Source: Nitrospinales bacterium (GTDB lineage Bacteria > Nitrospinota > Nitrospinia > Nitrospinales > VA-1). From it: 64,000 bases of DNA. The notes under the pieces were generated by a model. It had not been told where the DNA came from and did not search any database. It was given only the letters and a program-made list of their open reading frames with translations. Below, piece by piece: positions 38,823 through 48,963 of the stretch (its first letter is position 1; each line of letters opens with the position of its first letter). The translations under genes were made by a program, and so were the position numbers. The stretch spans positions 2,112,001 through 2,176,000 of the forward strand of contig OZ253496.1 of assembly GCA_965262115.1 (NCBI GenBank), in the 5' to 3' direction.

Positions 38823-40565
38823 ATGCTTTCTTTATCAAATAAAAAGTGGTGTCTGGCCGAACCATCTGCAGAAACGGTGTCTCTTTTGGAACGTGGGCTT
38901 CAACTTCCCACGGCGGTTGCCGTGCTTCTTGTCAACCGCGGGGTGACGTCGGAAGAGTCTGCTAAGGATTTGATGGAAGCGGATTTCACCCGCCTGCACG
39001 ATCCGTTTTTGATGACCGGCATGCAACAAGCCGTTGAAAGGGTGATTCGGGCCTTGCAGCAAAAAGAGGCCATCACCGTTTTTTGCGATTACGATGTTGA
39101 TGGGGTGACCTCCGCCGCGTTTCTCACACATTTTTTTCGCGACCTGAATTGTTCGGTCGAGGCTTATTTGCCCGAACGGCAGTCGGAGGGCTATGGGCTT
39201 AATTGCGACGCGGTTCGTAAAATACGCGAGGGCGGCGCGGGACTGATGATCACCGCCGATTGCGGCATCACCGGTGTGAAAGAGGTGGCGCTGGCGAATG
39301 AAATCGGATTGGATGTTATTGTCACCGACCACCATCAGGTGGGGGAGGAAGGCTTGCCTCCGGCTATCGCGGTGCTCAATCCGCATCGTGCTGACTGCGA
39401 TTATCCTTACCGCTTTTTAAGTGGTGTGGGTTTGGCCTTCAAACTGGCCATTGCGGTGAGAAACGGATTGTATTCGGTGGGCTGGTCCAAGGAAAGCCTA
39501 CCCAATTTAAAACGACATTTGGATCTATTTGCTTTGGGCACCATTGCCGATGTTGCGCCGTTGACCGGAGAGAACCATATTCTTACCTTGCATGGACTCG
39601 AAATGTTGTCCACCACTGCAAAGCCAGGGCTGGTCGCCTTAAAAGAAACCGCAGGCATTGTGGGGAATGTCGATGCGCGTTCGGTCGGGTTCGGTCTTGG
39701 TCCGCGGCTCAACGCCGCCGGTCGACTGGGCCGGGCTGATAGGGGCCTGCACTTGCTGACATCCACAGATCTAAAAGAAGCCAAAGTTCTGGCGCGGGAA
39801 CTGGAACGTACCAACACAGAGCGGAAAGAAATTCAGGAAGAAACCGTAGCAGAAGCAGAATCGCTTTTCCGTAGCGAAATCGATATTCAAAAGGATCGGG
39901 TGATTGTGCTGGCATCAGAAATTTTTCATCCGGGGGTGATCGGCATTGTTGCTTCCCGCCTGGTCGACAAATATCACCGGCCCACGGTTCTCATTGCTTT
40001 GGAAGCTGGGCAGGGAAAAGGGTCCGGACGCAGTATCCCCCGCTTTAACCTGTTCAAGGCTTTTACCGATTGCACCGAGCACCTTGTTCAATTTGGTGGT
40101 CATGCCTACGCCGCCGGACTCACCATTCAAGAGGAACAAATCGAAGCGTTCCGCAATGCCATTAATGAGGTGGGGCAGCAATATTTAAGCGAAGAAGACC
40201 TGATTCCTGAAGTGCGGGTGGATGCGGTGCTGGACTTGGAAGAAATCAACCACTCGCTTTACAGTCGGATGGCTTTGCTCGAACCGTTCGGCGCTGAAAA
40301 CCCGGTTCCCTGTTTTTTGTCACGGGCCGTGAAACTTCAGGAAGTGAAATTGATCGGTAAGGAAAAAAATCATGTCCGGTTTCGCGCCAGTCAAGGCAGA
40401 GGTCGGATAGAAGGCGTGGGTTTCGGGTTTGCCGAGGTGTTTGAATCGGTCGATGTCGCCACGGAACTTTTTGATATTGTCTACGAACTCAATCTCAACA
40501 CCTGGAACGGCAGGGAAAAACTGGAGATAAAACTGGTCGACATTCGATTATCCGCCGATTTGTGA
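38823..40565 (+). CDS. recJ: ssDNA-specific exonuclease RecJ
   Basis: DYDVDG, DHH, GTIADV, PRLNAAGR, GGHAYAAG. Confidence 0.96.
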   Translation: MLSLSNKKWCLAEPSAETVSLLERGLQLPTAVAVLLVNRGVTSEESAKDLMEADFTRLHDPFLMTGMQQAVERVIRALQQKEAITVFCDYDVDGVTSAAFLTHFFRDLNCSVEAYLPERQSEGYGLNCDAVRKIREGGAGLMITADCGITGVKEVALANEIGLDVIVTDHHQVGEEGLPPAIAVLNPHRADCDYPYRFLSGVGLAFKLAIAVRNGLYSVGWSKESLPNLKRHLDLFALGTIADVAPLTGENHILTLHGLEMLSTTAKPGLVALKETAGIVGNVDARSVGFGLGPRLNAAGRLGRADRGLHLLTSTDLKEAKVLARELERTNTERKEIQEETVAEAESLFRSEIDIQKDRVIVLASEIFHPGVIGIVASRLVDKYHRPTVLIALEAGQGKGSGRSIPRFNLFKAFTDCTEHLVQFGGHAYAAGLTIQEEQIEAFRNAINEVGQQYLSEEDLIPEVRVDAVLDLEEINHSLYSRMALLEPFGAENPVPCFLSRAVKLQEVKLIGKEKNHVRFRASQGRGRIEGVGFGFAEVFESVDVATELFDIVYELNLNTWNGREKLEIKLVDIRLSADL

Positions 40566-40620
40566 TATTTAAGCTTTGGAGGAATATTATAGCCCCACGT
40601 CTTTGGCGGTCGCGAGTGCG

Positions 40621-40660
40621 TGTTATGTTCCTACCCCAGACTTCATGCCCCGCAGGGGTA
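40621..40660 (-). repeat. TACCC-hairpin mini-element (40 bp)
   Basis: Minus strand TACCCCTGCGGGGCATGAAG...AACATAACA. Confidence 0.8.
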
Positions 40661-40752
40661 TCACCGCCCCATTTCCATCGGCGGTTCGCCGGGCGCTGGC
40701 CCCGCGCCTAGCGGTTGATCTGGACATGGGTTTCAGGTATGTTGCCAGGTCT

Positions 40753-41349
40753 ATGACCAGGAACAAACTTATTCTGGCGTCGCAATCTCCCCGCCGGTTG
40801 GAACTGTTAAAGCAGATTACCGACCAATTTGAAGTCGTCCCCAGTTCGATAGAGGAGAAACTCGATTATGGGCTGCGTCCGGAAGAGAACGCTCGAATAC
40901 TGGCCCGTGCCAAGGCCGAAAGTGTCGCTAAAAATTATCCCGACTGCTGGGTGATCGGCGCCGACACCCTCGTAACGCTACATCAGGAAATTTTGGGGAA
41001 GCCTGTAGATGTCCCCGACGCCGAAAGAATGCTCCGCCGGTTGAGCGGCAAGGAACATCGCGTTGCCACCGGTATCTGTGTTGTCAGTCCGGGGAAAACC
41101 CTCGGTAAAGCCATAACCTCAAAGGTGCGCTTTAAACCTCTAACCGATGAAGAAATATCAAACTATATCCAAACCGGCGAACCGATGGATAAAGCCGGAG
41201 CCTATGCCATTCAGGGTAAGGGCAGTTTTATGATCCGCGAATTTTCCGGCTCAGAAACCAATATCATCGGGCTCCCCATCGACGAACTGAAAACCCTCCT
41301 TGAAAAAACCGGATTCCTTCCACAACCCCGGCAGGCGAAAGAACCTTGA
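40753..41349 (+). CDS. maf: Maf-family nucleoside triphosphate pyrophosphatase
   Basis: LASQSPRR, GADT, DKAGAYAIQG, NIIGLP. Confidence 0.93.
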   Translation: MTRNKLILASQSPRRLELLKQITDQFEVVPSSIEEKLDYGLRPEENARILARAKAESVAKNYPDCWVIGADTLVTLHQEILGKPVDVPDAERMLRRLSGKEHRVATGICVVSPGKTLGKAITSKVRFKPLTDEEISNYIQTGEPMDKAGAYAIQGKGSFMIREFSGSETNIIGLPIDELKTLLEKTGFLPQPRQAKEP

Positions 41350-41467
41350 CATTTCAACCAGGTTGAGCGTTTTAAACTGAATGGTTTTTTAGAAATTGCT
41401 TGCGAACCAAGGCATTTGTAATTTAATTTAGAGGTATAGTCTGCTTATCAATGACTGGGAAAGAGGA

Positions 41468-41698
41468 ATGTTTAAATCAAAAAATAATCTGGAGATCCAC
41501 GGTCACTGCCAAAAATGTCAAGGGCCAATTTTTCTGAACAGTACTGTGGACTGGTATGGCAATACCGTGCTGAGCCTCAATTGCTGGAATGGCCATTACC
41601 AGTGGATCAATATAGAAAATATTGAGGAGGCCAAAAACCTCGCACCAGAAACCAAGCGGTCCCTCGTCACCCATATCAGCTTTTTTGATTTGTCATGA
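41468..41698 (+). CDS. Small hypothetical protein, possible zinc ribbon
   Basis: CxxC...CxxxH; GAGG RBS; overlaps the next start. Confidence 0.65.
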   Translation: MFKSKNNLEIHGHCQKCQGPIFLNSTVDWYGNTVLSLNCWNGHYQWINIENIEEAKNLAPETKRSLVTHISFFDLS

Positions 41699-42486
41699 CC
41701 TCCAGGCGCCCCCGTCCTTATCGCCTAATTTCATTCCTTTTATTTTATTCGGTCATTTTTCTTTATTCTCCCGCCAAGGCCCAGCCTGAACCGCCTCTCG
41801 GAATGATCTATATCCCCCAGGGATATTTTCAAATGGGCACCACTTCAGGTAAGGAGGATGAAACGCCCGTGCATTTCGTTTTCACTCCCGGATATTTCAT
41901 CGACAAGTATGAAGTGAGCAACAAGGACTACTCAGCCTTCATGCAAGCCACCGGACACCCTGCCCCGAAGCTCTGGAAAGATTCCCGGTTCAACGAACCC
42001 GATCAGCCCGTAGTCGGTGTGAACTGGCACGATGCCATGGCGTACGCCAAGTGGAAAGGACGAAGACTGCCTACGGAAGCAGAATGGGAAAAGGCCGCAC
42101 GGGGAAATGATGGCCGACTGTGGCCATGGGGAAGAAAATTCGACAAGGGTTTCAACTTTTTCTTCCTCAATATTTTTGGGGAAAACGACAACTACCCTTT
42201 CACCGCGCCGGTCAACTATTACCACTCCGGCGTCAGCCCTTTCGGGTTATACAATACGGCGGGAAACGTCTGGGAGTGGTGTCTGGATTGGTATGACGAA
42301 AACTATTATCGCATCAGCCCCGAAATCAATCCGGAAGGCCCACAGGGTCCGCTGAAAATGAAAGTGCTCAGAGGGGGTTCCTGGGTCAACAACATTGACG
42401 GGGTAAAAGTTGTCAACCGCGCCCGCAACCTTCCCCATATTAAAAACGAAACTTACGGATTCCGCACCGCGCAATCCCTCCAGTGA
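41695..42486 (+). CDS. SUMF1/formylglycine-generating enzyme family protein (exported)
   Basis: RLPTEAEWEKAARG, GNVWEW, RGGSW, GFR. Confidence 0.9.
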   Translation: MTSRRPRPYRLISFLLFYSVIFLYSPAKAQPEPPLGMIYIPQGYFQMGTTSGKEDETPVHFVFTPGYFIDKYEVSNKDYSAFMQATGHPAPKLWKDSRFNEPDQPVVGVNWHDAMAYAKWKGRRLPTEAEWEKAARGNDGRLWPWGRKFDKGFNFFFLNIFGENDNYPFTAPVNYYHSGVSPFGLYNTAGNVWEWCLDWYDENYYRISPEINPEGPQGPLKMKVLRGGSWVNNIDGVKVVNRARNLPHIKNETYGFRTAQSLQ

Positions 42487-43703
42487 ACCAGATATCTAAC
42501 AGACTAGCCATCTTCTCCTGGTCTCTCTACGATTTTGCCAACACCATTTTTTCCATGAACGTGATCTCTCTGTATTTCGCGTTGTGGGTTACGGTGGATC
42601 ATGACGGTCAGGACATTTTATACAGCACTGCCCTTTCACTTTCCATGCTGGCGGTGGCCTTGAGCGTCCCTGTTTTTGGAGCGCTTTCAGACACGACCGG
42701 CAAGCGCAGGACCCCGCTGATCGCACTCACCCTGCTTTGCGTTTTCTGCACCGGACTGATCGGCACCACCGACCATCTTTGGACCGGCCTGATTTTGTTC
42801 ATGGTGGCCAATTACGGTTACCAATCGGCGTTGGTTTTTTATAATGGCATGCTCCCCTCCATTTCACGAGGCAGCCATGTCGGCCTCGTTTCCGGGTACG
42901 GAGTGTCCCTCGGTTATCTCGGTTCCATCCTTGGCATGTTAATGGTGCAACGCTTTGTGGAATCTGACGGGCGTTCTGCGGCCTTTCTTCCCACTGCCGG
43001 ATTGCTGTTACTTTTCTCTCTACCCTGTTTTCTGTTTGTTAAAGATCCCGAAACCGGGCGATCCGCCCCGCCTGTCCGCATTAAAGAAGCCTTCAACACA
43101 CTCAAACAAACTTTTCTTCGCGTCAGACAATACCGTTCCCTGTTCCGGTTTATCCTGATTCATTTTCTGGTTCTCGATGCGGTGAACACCATTATTGCGT
43201 TCATGGCGGTTTATGCCAGCAAAGTGATCGGATTCAGCGGTGGTCAGATCACAAAATTTTTAATCTCCTCAACAGTCTGCGCGATGATCGGATCATGGGT
43301 CATCGGCATTCTCGTCAAACATAAAGGCATCATCTGGTCTTACTGGCTGGTTTTGGCGCTCTGGATCGCCTCCCTCTCACTGGCCGCTACAAGCCAGAGC
43401 GAGGCCTTGTTCTGGTTGGTGGGTCCTTTAGCCGGGGTGGGCATGGGCGGGGTTTGGGTGGTCAGCCGGGCTTTCATAACCGAACTTTCCCCTCCTGAAA
43501 AAGTCGGGGAATTTTTCGGATTGTACGGGATGGCGGGCAAGGCGGCATCCATCATAGGCCCACTGCTATGGGGAGGAGTGGTCTGGACTCTGGACACGAC
43601 TGGGACGCTCAAATATCGAGTCGCGGTAACAGTACTGCTGGCCACCGTAGTTGTAGCGGCTTTTCTTTTCCGTGGCCTGGCCCGACAATTACGACATCAA
43701 TAA
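42483..43703 (+). CDS. MFS transporter, UMF1/Atg22-like
   Basis: W.LYDFAN, FYNGML, GEFFGLY. Confidence 0.85.
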   Translation: MNQISNRLAIFSWSLYDFANTIFSMNVISLYFALWVTVDHDGQDILYSTALSLSMLAVALSVPVFGALSDTTGKRRTPLIALTLLCVFCTGLIGTTDHLWTGLILFMVANYGYQSALVFYNGMLPSISRGSHVGLVSGYGVSLGYLGSILGMLMVQRFVESDGRSAAFLPTAGLLLLFSLPCFLFVKDPETGRSAPPVRIKEAFNTLKQTFLRVRQYRSLFRFILIHFLVLDAVNTIIAFMAVYASKVIGFSGGQITKFLISSTVCAMIGSWVIGILVKHKGIIWSYWLVLALWIASLSLAATSQSEALFWLVGPLAGVGMGGVWVVSRAFITELSPPEKVGEFFGLYGMAGKAASIIGPLLWGGVVWTLDTTGTLKYRVAVTVLLATVVVAAFLFRGLARQLRHQ

Positions 43704-43797
43704 ATCGGTTGACATTGATAGGTCGAATGATTAGTTTTAGTACATCTGTCAAATTTTAAACCGCCTGCATATTTTCTGAAAGCATCGTAGAGAAAGG

Positions 43798-44811
43798 GTG
43801 ACCCCGATGGCACGATTCGTTTCCTTGAGTTTATATTTTATCCTGTTTGGCGCAGGACTCTTAATTTTCGCCCACCCTACAAAAGCCTGGGCTCATTCCG
43901 GCCATAAACACGATGAACTAAAAATAAAACTTCCAAAAGTGGTGGCTCAGGTTAACGGACACGATATCAGCGGCGATGCTATTTCCCGCGAATTGAAAAA
44001 AGCCACACAGAAATATAAAAAACGCGGCATGCCCCTCAATGCCGATCAGGAAAAATCTGCCGCCAAAAAATTGATCAACGACGAAATCGGACGCACCCTG
44101 CTCGTCTTGAAGGCGAAAGAATCGGGAATCAATATTACAAAAGAAATGATGGAAGAACGGATTAATAAAGTGAAAGCCGGATTCCGTTCAGATGCCATTT
44201 TCGAACATAAACTTGCCAACCGAGGCATGACCCTGGACCAATATAAAGCAGAACTTGAAACCGATTTATATATGGACCAGATCATAAAAAAAGAAATCGA
44301 ACCTAAAATTCAGGTTCCTGAAAACGAAATCCGTGATTACTACGAAAAAAATAAGTTCACCAGCCAGGAAAAAGTCCGGGCCAGTATCATCATTTTGAAA
44401 TTTAATCCCTCAGCAGGAAAAGCTGGAGAACAGAAAGTCCTTAAGAAATTCGAGTCCATCCTCGACCAGCTCCGTAATGGAGCCGATTTTGCCGCGATGG
44501 CCAGGAAGTTTTCTCAGGACAGTTTGGCTTCTAAAGGAGGCGATTTGGGATTCTTCACCCGAAAACAAATGCTTCCGGCTTTCAGCAACAGAGCTTATAA
44601 AATGAAGGCTGGCGAAGTCAGCGATATTTTCCGCACCGGACATGGATTCCACGTGCTGAAAGTCACCGACAAAAAACCGGCGGGGACCAGTCCTTTTGAG
44701 GCAGAAAAAGAAAAAATCAAAACCTTTCTCAGCCAGAAGAAAAGCTCAAAAGCCACTCAAGACTATATCGAAGCCCTTAAAAAACAGGCAAAAATAAAAA
44801 CCTACTTCTAA
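43798..44811 (+). CDS. SurA/PrsA-like parvulin peptidyl-prolyl isomerase
   Basis: VAQVNG, FAAMARKFSQD..A..GGDLG, GFHVLKV. Confidence 0.88.
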   Translation: MTPMARFVSLSLYFILFGAGLLIFAHPTKAWAHSGHKHDELKIKLPKVVAQVNGHDISGDAISRELKKATQKYKKRGMPLNADQEKSAAKKLINDEIGRTLLVLKAKESGINITKEMMEERINKVKAGFRSDAIFEHKLANRGMTLDQYKAELETDLYMDQIIKKEIEPKIQVPENEIRDYYEKNKFTSQEKVRASIIILKFNPSAGKAGEQKVLKKFESILDQLRNGADFAAMARKFSQDSLASKGGDLGFFTRKQMLPAFSNRAYKMKAGEVSDIFRTGHGFHVLKVTDKKPAGTSPFEAEKEKIKTFLSQKKSSKATQDYIEALKKQAKIKTYF

Positions 44812-44868
44812 GAACATCTAATTTTGAAAATGCGTTTTAAGGCAAAAAATCAACTTGCGGATATAAAT

Positions 44869-45217
44869 ATGAAAAAGATTCTGGTTCTTGGGTGCTTTTT
44901 TATTACAGGTGTCTTCATGGTAGCAGTTTTATCCGGTTGTGACTTCCGCAGCACAAAAAGCATGGGAAAGCCGTAGTACCGAGGACCAGGTTACCGACTC
45001 AAAAATTCATACTGGAATTCTGAACAAATTAAAGAATAAAGGCAAAGGTCTGCTTCTGGATGTGAGTGTTGATGTCTGGGAACAAAGGGTGCTTCTTACA
45101 GGAACCCTGGATGATTCGGGGTTGCGCTCTGAAATAGAAAGCCTCGCCAAACAGGACTCGCGTATTAAAATTCTTCACAACTATATTCAGGCAGTGACAA
45201 CGACTTTATTCCGTTAA
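44869..45217 (+). pseudogene. BON-domain lipoprotein, frameshifted after the lipobox and truncated
   Basis: MKKILVLG..LSGC in one frame; RSTEDQVTD..VLLTG in another from about 44940. Confidence 0.65.
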
Positions 45218-45340
45218 AACACCTCTACCAATCAACTGACAATAGAACGTCATCGCGAGCCACAAAGTGGCGTGGCGATCCAGCTTCTGGATTGGATTGC
45301 TTCGCTCTGCTCGCAATGACAAAACCCCGAGTGAGGGAAA

Positions 45341-45514
45341 TTACTTTTTTTTGGATTTGCTACCATCGATCTGGCTGAGTTTGCGCTTAACGGTTTTTTG
45401 TTTGTCCTTGTCGAAATCGACTTTCAGATAAACCGTTTTATCAAATAGTTTTTGAACCGTACCTTCTTTTTTCTTACCGGCAAAATCGAATTTGATCTTG
45501 TCTCCCACTTTCAT
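45341..45514 (-). CDS. Small basic KOW/SH3-like protein (57 aa), not in the ORF track
   Basis: MKVGDKIKFDFAGKKKEGTVQKLFDKTVYLKVDF...; GGGAG RBS upstream. Confidence 0.7.
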   Translation of the reverse strand: MKVGDKIKFDFAGKKKEGTVQKLFDKTVYLKVDFDKDKQKTVKRKLSQIDGSKSKKK

Positions 45515-45692
45515 AGCTTCATCTCTCCCTGAAAATCAAAAATCTGCCCACGACAATATTTGAGCAATTATAACAACCACTGCGCTTTGAAAAAATTGAG
45601 ATTAGAGCAAAACAGGCAATGAGTCAAGAACTCGTTACCCTCCACGCCCACTGGGTGGTACAATCATAGAAATTTTTAAGACCCTGCCCGAA

Positions 45693-47984
45693 ATGAATAC
45701 CCAGACTCAGATAGAAATTAAATCTTTTGAAGCGAACCCCTCCCCTGCGCAGTTTGCCGAAGTGGTGTTCAACCTTCCTCTTAAGGAGGCGTTCACCTAC
45801 ACCATTCCGCCTGAATTACTCGGCAAGGTTCGAATCGGCATGCGGGTTCTGGTACCTTTTGGTAGAAGAAAGATTACCGGCTATGTCGTCCACTTTGCGA
45901 ATAAATGGGACAAGCCCATCGCCCTTAAATCCATCTCCGACCTGCCCGACACCGGACCTGTGGTGAACGAAGAGGTATTGGCTCTCACCAAGTGGTTGGC
46001 GGGTTACTACCAGTCTTCCTGGGGCGAAGCCATCCGCTGCGCCCTGCCAGCCGGACTCGACAACAAAAGCCGGGATATCGGCTACCAGCTCATCAAGTCG
46101 GTACGCCTCGCCAGCCCTTTACCCGACGAGAAAGAAATAGAACGCCTGCTCAAACGCAGTCCCAAACAAAAACTGGTGTTCGACCTAATCAGGCAAAAAG
46201 AAATCAACCTGCCGGAACTGCAAACCCGAATCCCAAAAAGCCAGGCCGCATTACGCAGACTTAAAGAAAAACGACTGGTAGAAGTTTTTACCAAGAAAAA
46301 AGTGCGCGAGGCTTTCGTTCCCGAAGATGCAATGACCCGGCCTTTCGGCGAATCTTTGACATTCACTCCAGAGCAACAAAAAATATTCAAACAACTCAAT
46401 CTCGCTATTGAAGCCGGTAAATACGAATCGTTTTTATTGCACGGCGTAACAGGAAGCGGCAAGACTGAAATCTACATCCGTTGTATTCAGCGCGTTCTTG
46501 AAATGGGCAAAACCGCCATCATGATGGTTCCCGAAATCTCCCTCACCCCGCAGACTGTAGAACGGTTTCGTCAAAGGTTCGGAGACCGGGTGGCTATTCT
46601 GCATAGCGGCCTATCGCAAACCGAACGTTATCTGGAATGGAAAAAGATCCATGATGGAAAAGTTTCGATCGCGGTCGGAGCCCGCTCGGCCGTTTTCGCA
46701 CCCTTCAAGAAGCTGGGCATTGTGGTGATTGATGAAGAACACGATGGCTCTTATAAACAGGATTCCAATCCCCGCTACCACGCCCGCGATACTGCCGTCA
46801 TGCGGGCTCGGTCGTTGAATGCCATCGTCATTATGGGCTCGGCGACCCCTTCCCTGGAATCGACACAAAACACGCGGCTGGGAAAATATCAATACCTGTC
46901 CCTGGAAAGCCGGGTCGGCGAACGCATGCTGCCGCTCGTCAGCCTCGTGGATATGAAAAAGGAGCGCAAGAAATTTAAAAATTTTGCCATGCTTTCCGGA
47001 ACCCTGCGCAGCGCGATTAGCGACAGGCTTTCCCGCAAGGAACAAGTTTTTCTGTTTCTCAATCGCCGCGGAACAGCCCGATTTGTTTTTTGCCCTGACT
47101 GTGGATACGTATTAGAATGTGCCCATTGCAGTGTCACCCTCACCTTTCACGGCAAGGATGACCGCCTGCTCTGTCATTATTGCAATTTCAGGGCACGCAT
47201 GCCCGGCCACTGCGTCGAATGCCACGGAGAAGTGATTCGCTTCAGCGGATTCGGCACTCAGAAACTGGAAGAAGAAGTTAAAAAACTTTTCCCGGATGCC
47301 CGTGTAACCCGGCTGGATCGGGACACCACCCGTGGCCGCGACTCTTTCGCCACCATGCACCGGAATATGAACGCCGGGAACATCGACATCCTCATCGGCA
47401 CACAAATGATCACTAAAGGACATGATTTCCCCAACGTCACGCTGGTCGGGGTGGTGCATGCTGATCTGTCCCTGAGTATACCGGATTTCAGATCGTGCGA
47501 GCGGTCGTTCCAGTTGTTGACCCAGGTTGCGGGCCGGGCAGGACGAGGGCAGGTACCCGGAAAGGTGATCATTCAGACTAACAATCCCGACCATTATATG
47601 TTTGCGTTTGTCCGGGAACACGATGTGAACGCTTTCCACGAGAAGGAATTGAAGCTGCGACAGCAACTCAACTATCCTCCATTCACCCGGCTTGTTGCCA
47701 TCGAAGTTATCAGCGAGAATGAATCTTTAGGGCAGAGCACCGCCCAAAAACTGGGGCGGGCTCTCAACCAGCAGGCAATCTCAGGAGTAGAAATATTAGG
47801 TCCGTCCAAAGCAGCCCTGTATCAGATTCAAAATAAATTCCGTTGGCATTTAATATTGCGCAGTCAGAACATGCAGGCCCTGCAAGGCCTTCTGGTAAGT
47901 TGCCGTGAACTCAATGACCTTAAATCTGCCTCCGGCGGAAAAATAAAAATTGCCATCGATGTAGACCCCTTCAACCTGCTATAA
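45693..47984 (+). CDS. priA: Primosomal protein N' (replication restart helicase)
   Basis: GVTGSGKTE, DEEH, SATPS, four CxxC, QVAGRAGR. Confidence 0.97.
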   Translation: MNTQTQIEIKSFEANPSPAQFAEVVFNLPLKEAFTYTIPPELLGKVRIGMRVLVPFGRRKITGYVVHFANKWDKPIALKSISDLPDTGPVVNEEVLALTKWLAGYYQSSWGEAIRCALPAGLDNKSRDIGYQLIKSVRLASPLPDEKEIERLLKRSPKQKLVFDLIRQKEINLPELQTRIPKSQAALRRLKEKRLVEVFTKKKVREAFVPEDAMTRPFGESLTFTPEQQKIFKQLNLAIEAGKYESFLLHGVTGSGKTEIYIRCIQRVLEMGKTAIMMVPEISLTPQTVERFRQRFGDRVAILHSGLSQTERYLEWKKIHDGKVSIAVGARSAVFAPFKKLGIVVIDEEHDGSYKQDSNPRYHARDTAVMRARSLNAIVIMGSATPSLESTQNTRLGKYQYLSLESRVGERMLPLVSLVDMKKERKKFKNFAMLSGTLRSAISDRLSRKEQVFLFLNRRGTARFVFCPDCGYVLECAHCSVTLTFHGKDDRLLCHYCNFRARMPGHCVECHGEVIRFSGFGTQKLEEEVKKLFPDARVTRLDRDTTRGRDSFATMHRNMNAGNIDILIGTQMITKGHDFPNVTLVGVVHADLSLSIPDFRSCERSFQLLTQVAGRAGRGQVPGKVIIQTNNPDHYMFAFVREHDVNAFHEKELKLRQQLNYPPFTRLVAIEVISENESLGQSTAQKLGRALNQQAISGVEILGPSKAALYQIQNKFRWHLILRSQNMQALQGLLVSCRELNDLKSASGGKIKIAIDVDPFNLL

Positions 47985-48030
47985 ACCTGATTAGACAAAC
48001 CACCATCAACCCTAATTTGAAATCTCATTC

Positions 48031-48618
48031 ATGAAATTTATTCGCTCCATGTACGATTGGGTCCTACATTGGGCCGCCACCCCTTACGCGCTTCCGGCGT
48101 TATTTTTTATTTCGTTCGTCGAATCATCATTTTTCCCGATCCCGCCGGATATTTTATTGATCGCTATGACGGTCGCGGTACCAGCATTGTGGATCCGATT
48201 TTCCCTCTTCTGCTCTGTGGCATCTGTTCTGGGAGGAATGTTTGGTTATTTCATCGGCTACCAGTTCATGGACCTGATCGGCAATGGTATCGTGGAGTTC
48301 TATCATTTGCAGGCCAAATTTGAGAAAATAGGTGCTCTCTATGACGAGCATCAGGCGTGGGCTGTTGCTGCAGTGGGCTTCACCCCTTTGCCTTATAAAA
48401 TTTTCACTTTGGCGGCAGGGGCATTTAAAATTAATTTCCCAACTTTTGTTCTGGCATCGGCCATCAGTCGTTCAGCCCGGTTCTTTCTGGTCGCATTTAT
48501 AATTCATAAATTCGGACCACCCATTAAGATGTGGATCGAAAAATATTTCAACCTTTTCAGCATCGTGTTTTTAATTCTGCTTTTTTTAGGTTTTTATCTA
48601 TTAAAATTTGCGCTTTGA
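48031..48618 (+). CDS. YqaA/DedA-family membrane protein
   Basis: ESSFFPIPPD, GFTPLPYK. Confidence 0.85.
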   Translation: MKFIRSMYDWVLHWAATPYALPALFFISFVESSFFPIPPDILLIAMTVAVPALWIRFSLFCSVASVLGGMFGYFIGYQFMDLIGNGIVEFYHLQAKFEKIGALYDEHQAWAVAAVGFTPLPYKIFTLAAGAFKINFPTFVLASAISRSARFFLVAFIIHKFGPPIKMWIEKYFNLFSIVFLILLFLGFYLLKFAL

Positions 48619-48630
48619 CGGAGTCTTGCC

Positions 48631-48957
48631 ATGAGTGAACATTGCGTACTATTCATCACCGCTGGGTCCAAAGAGGAAGCGGACAAAATAAGCCAAGGAC
48701 TGGTCAACGACAAACTGGCATTCTGCGTCAGCGTCATTCCAAAAATTCAGTCGACCTATTACTGGGAAGACAAAATCCATGTGGACGAAGAGTTTCTCTT
48801 AATCGTCAAAACCCGGAAAGACCGTTATGACGCCCTGGAAACATGGGTCAAAATAAACCACAGCTATGAGGTTCCGGAGATCATCGCCCTGCCTATCGAG
48901 CAGGGTCTTCCCGCATACCTGTCGGGAATTGATGACTGGGTCATAAAAAAAGACTGA
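48631..48957 (+). CDS. cutA: Divalent cation tolerance protein CutA
   Basis: S.YYWE, HSYEVPEIIALP. Confidence 0.92.
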   Translation: MSEHCVLFITAGSKEEADKISQGLVNDKLAFCVSVIPKIQSTYYWEDKIHVDEEFLLIVKTRKDRYDALETWVKINHSYEVPEIIALPIEQGLPAYLSGIDDWVIKKD

Positions 48958-48963
48958 CAAACC

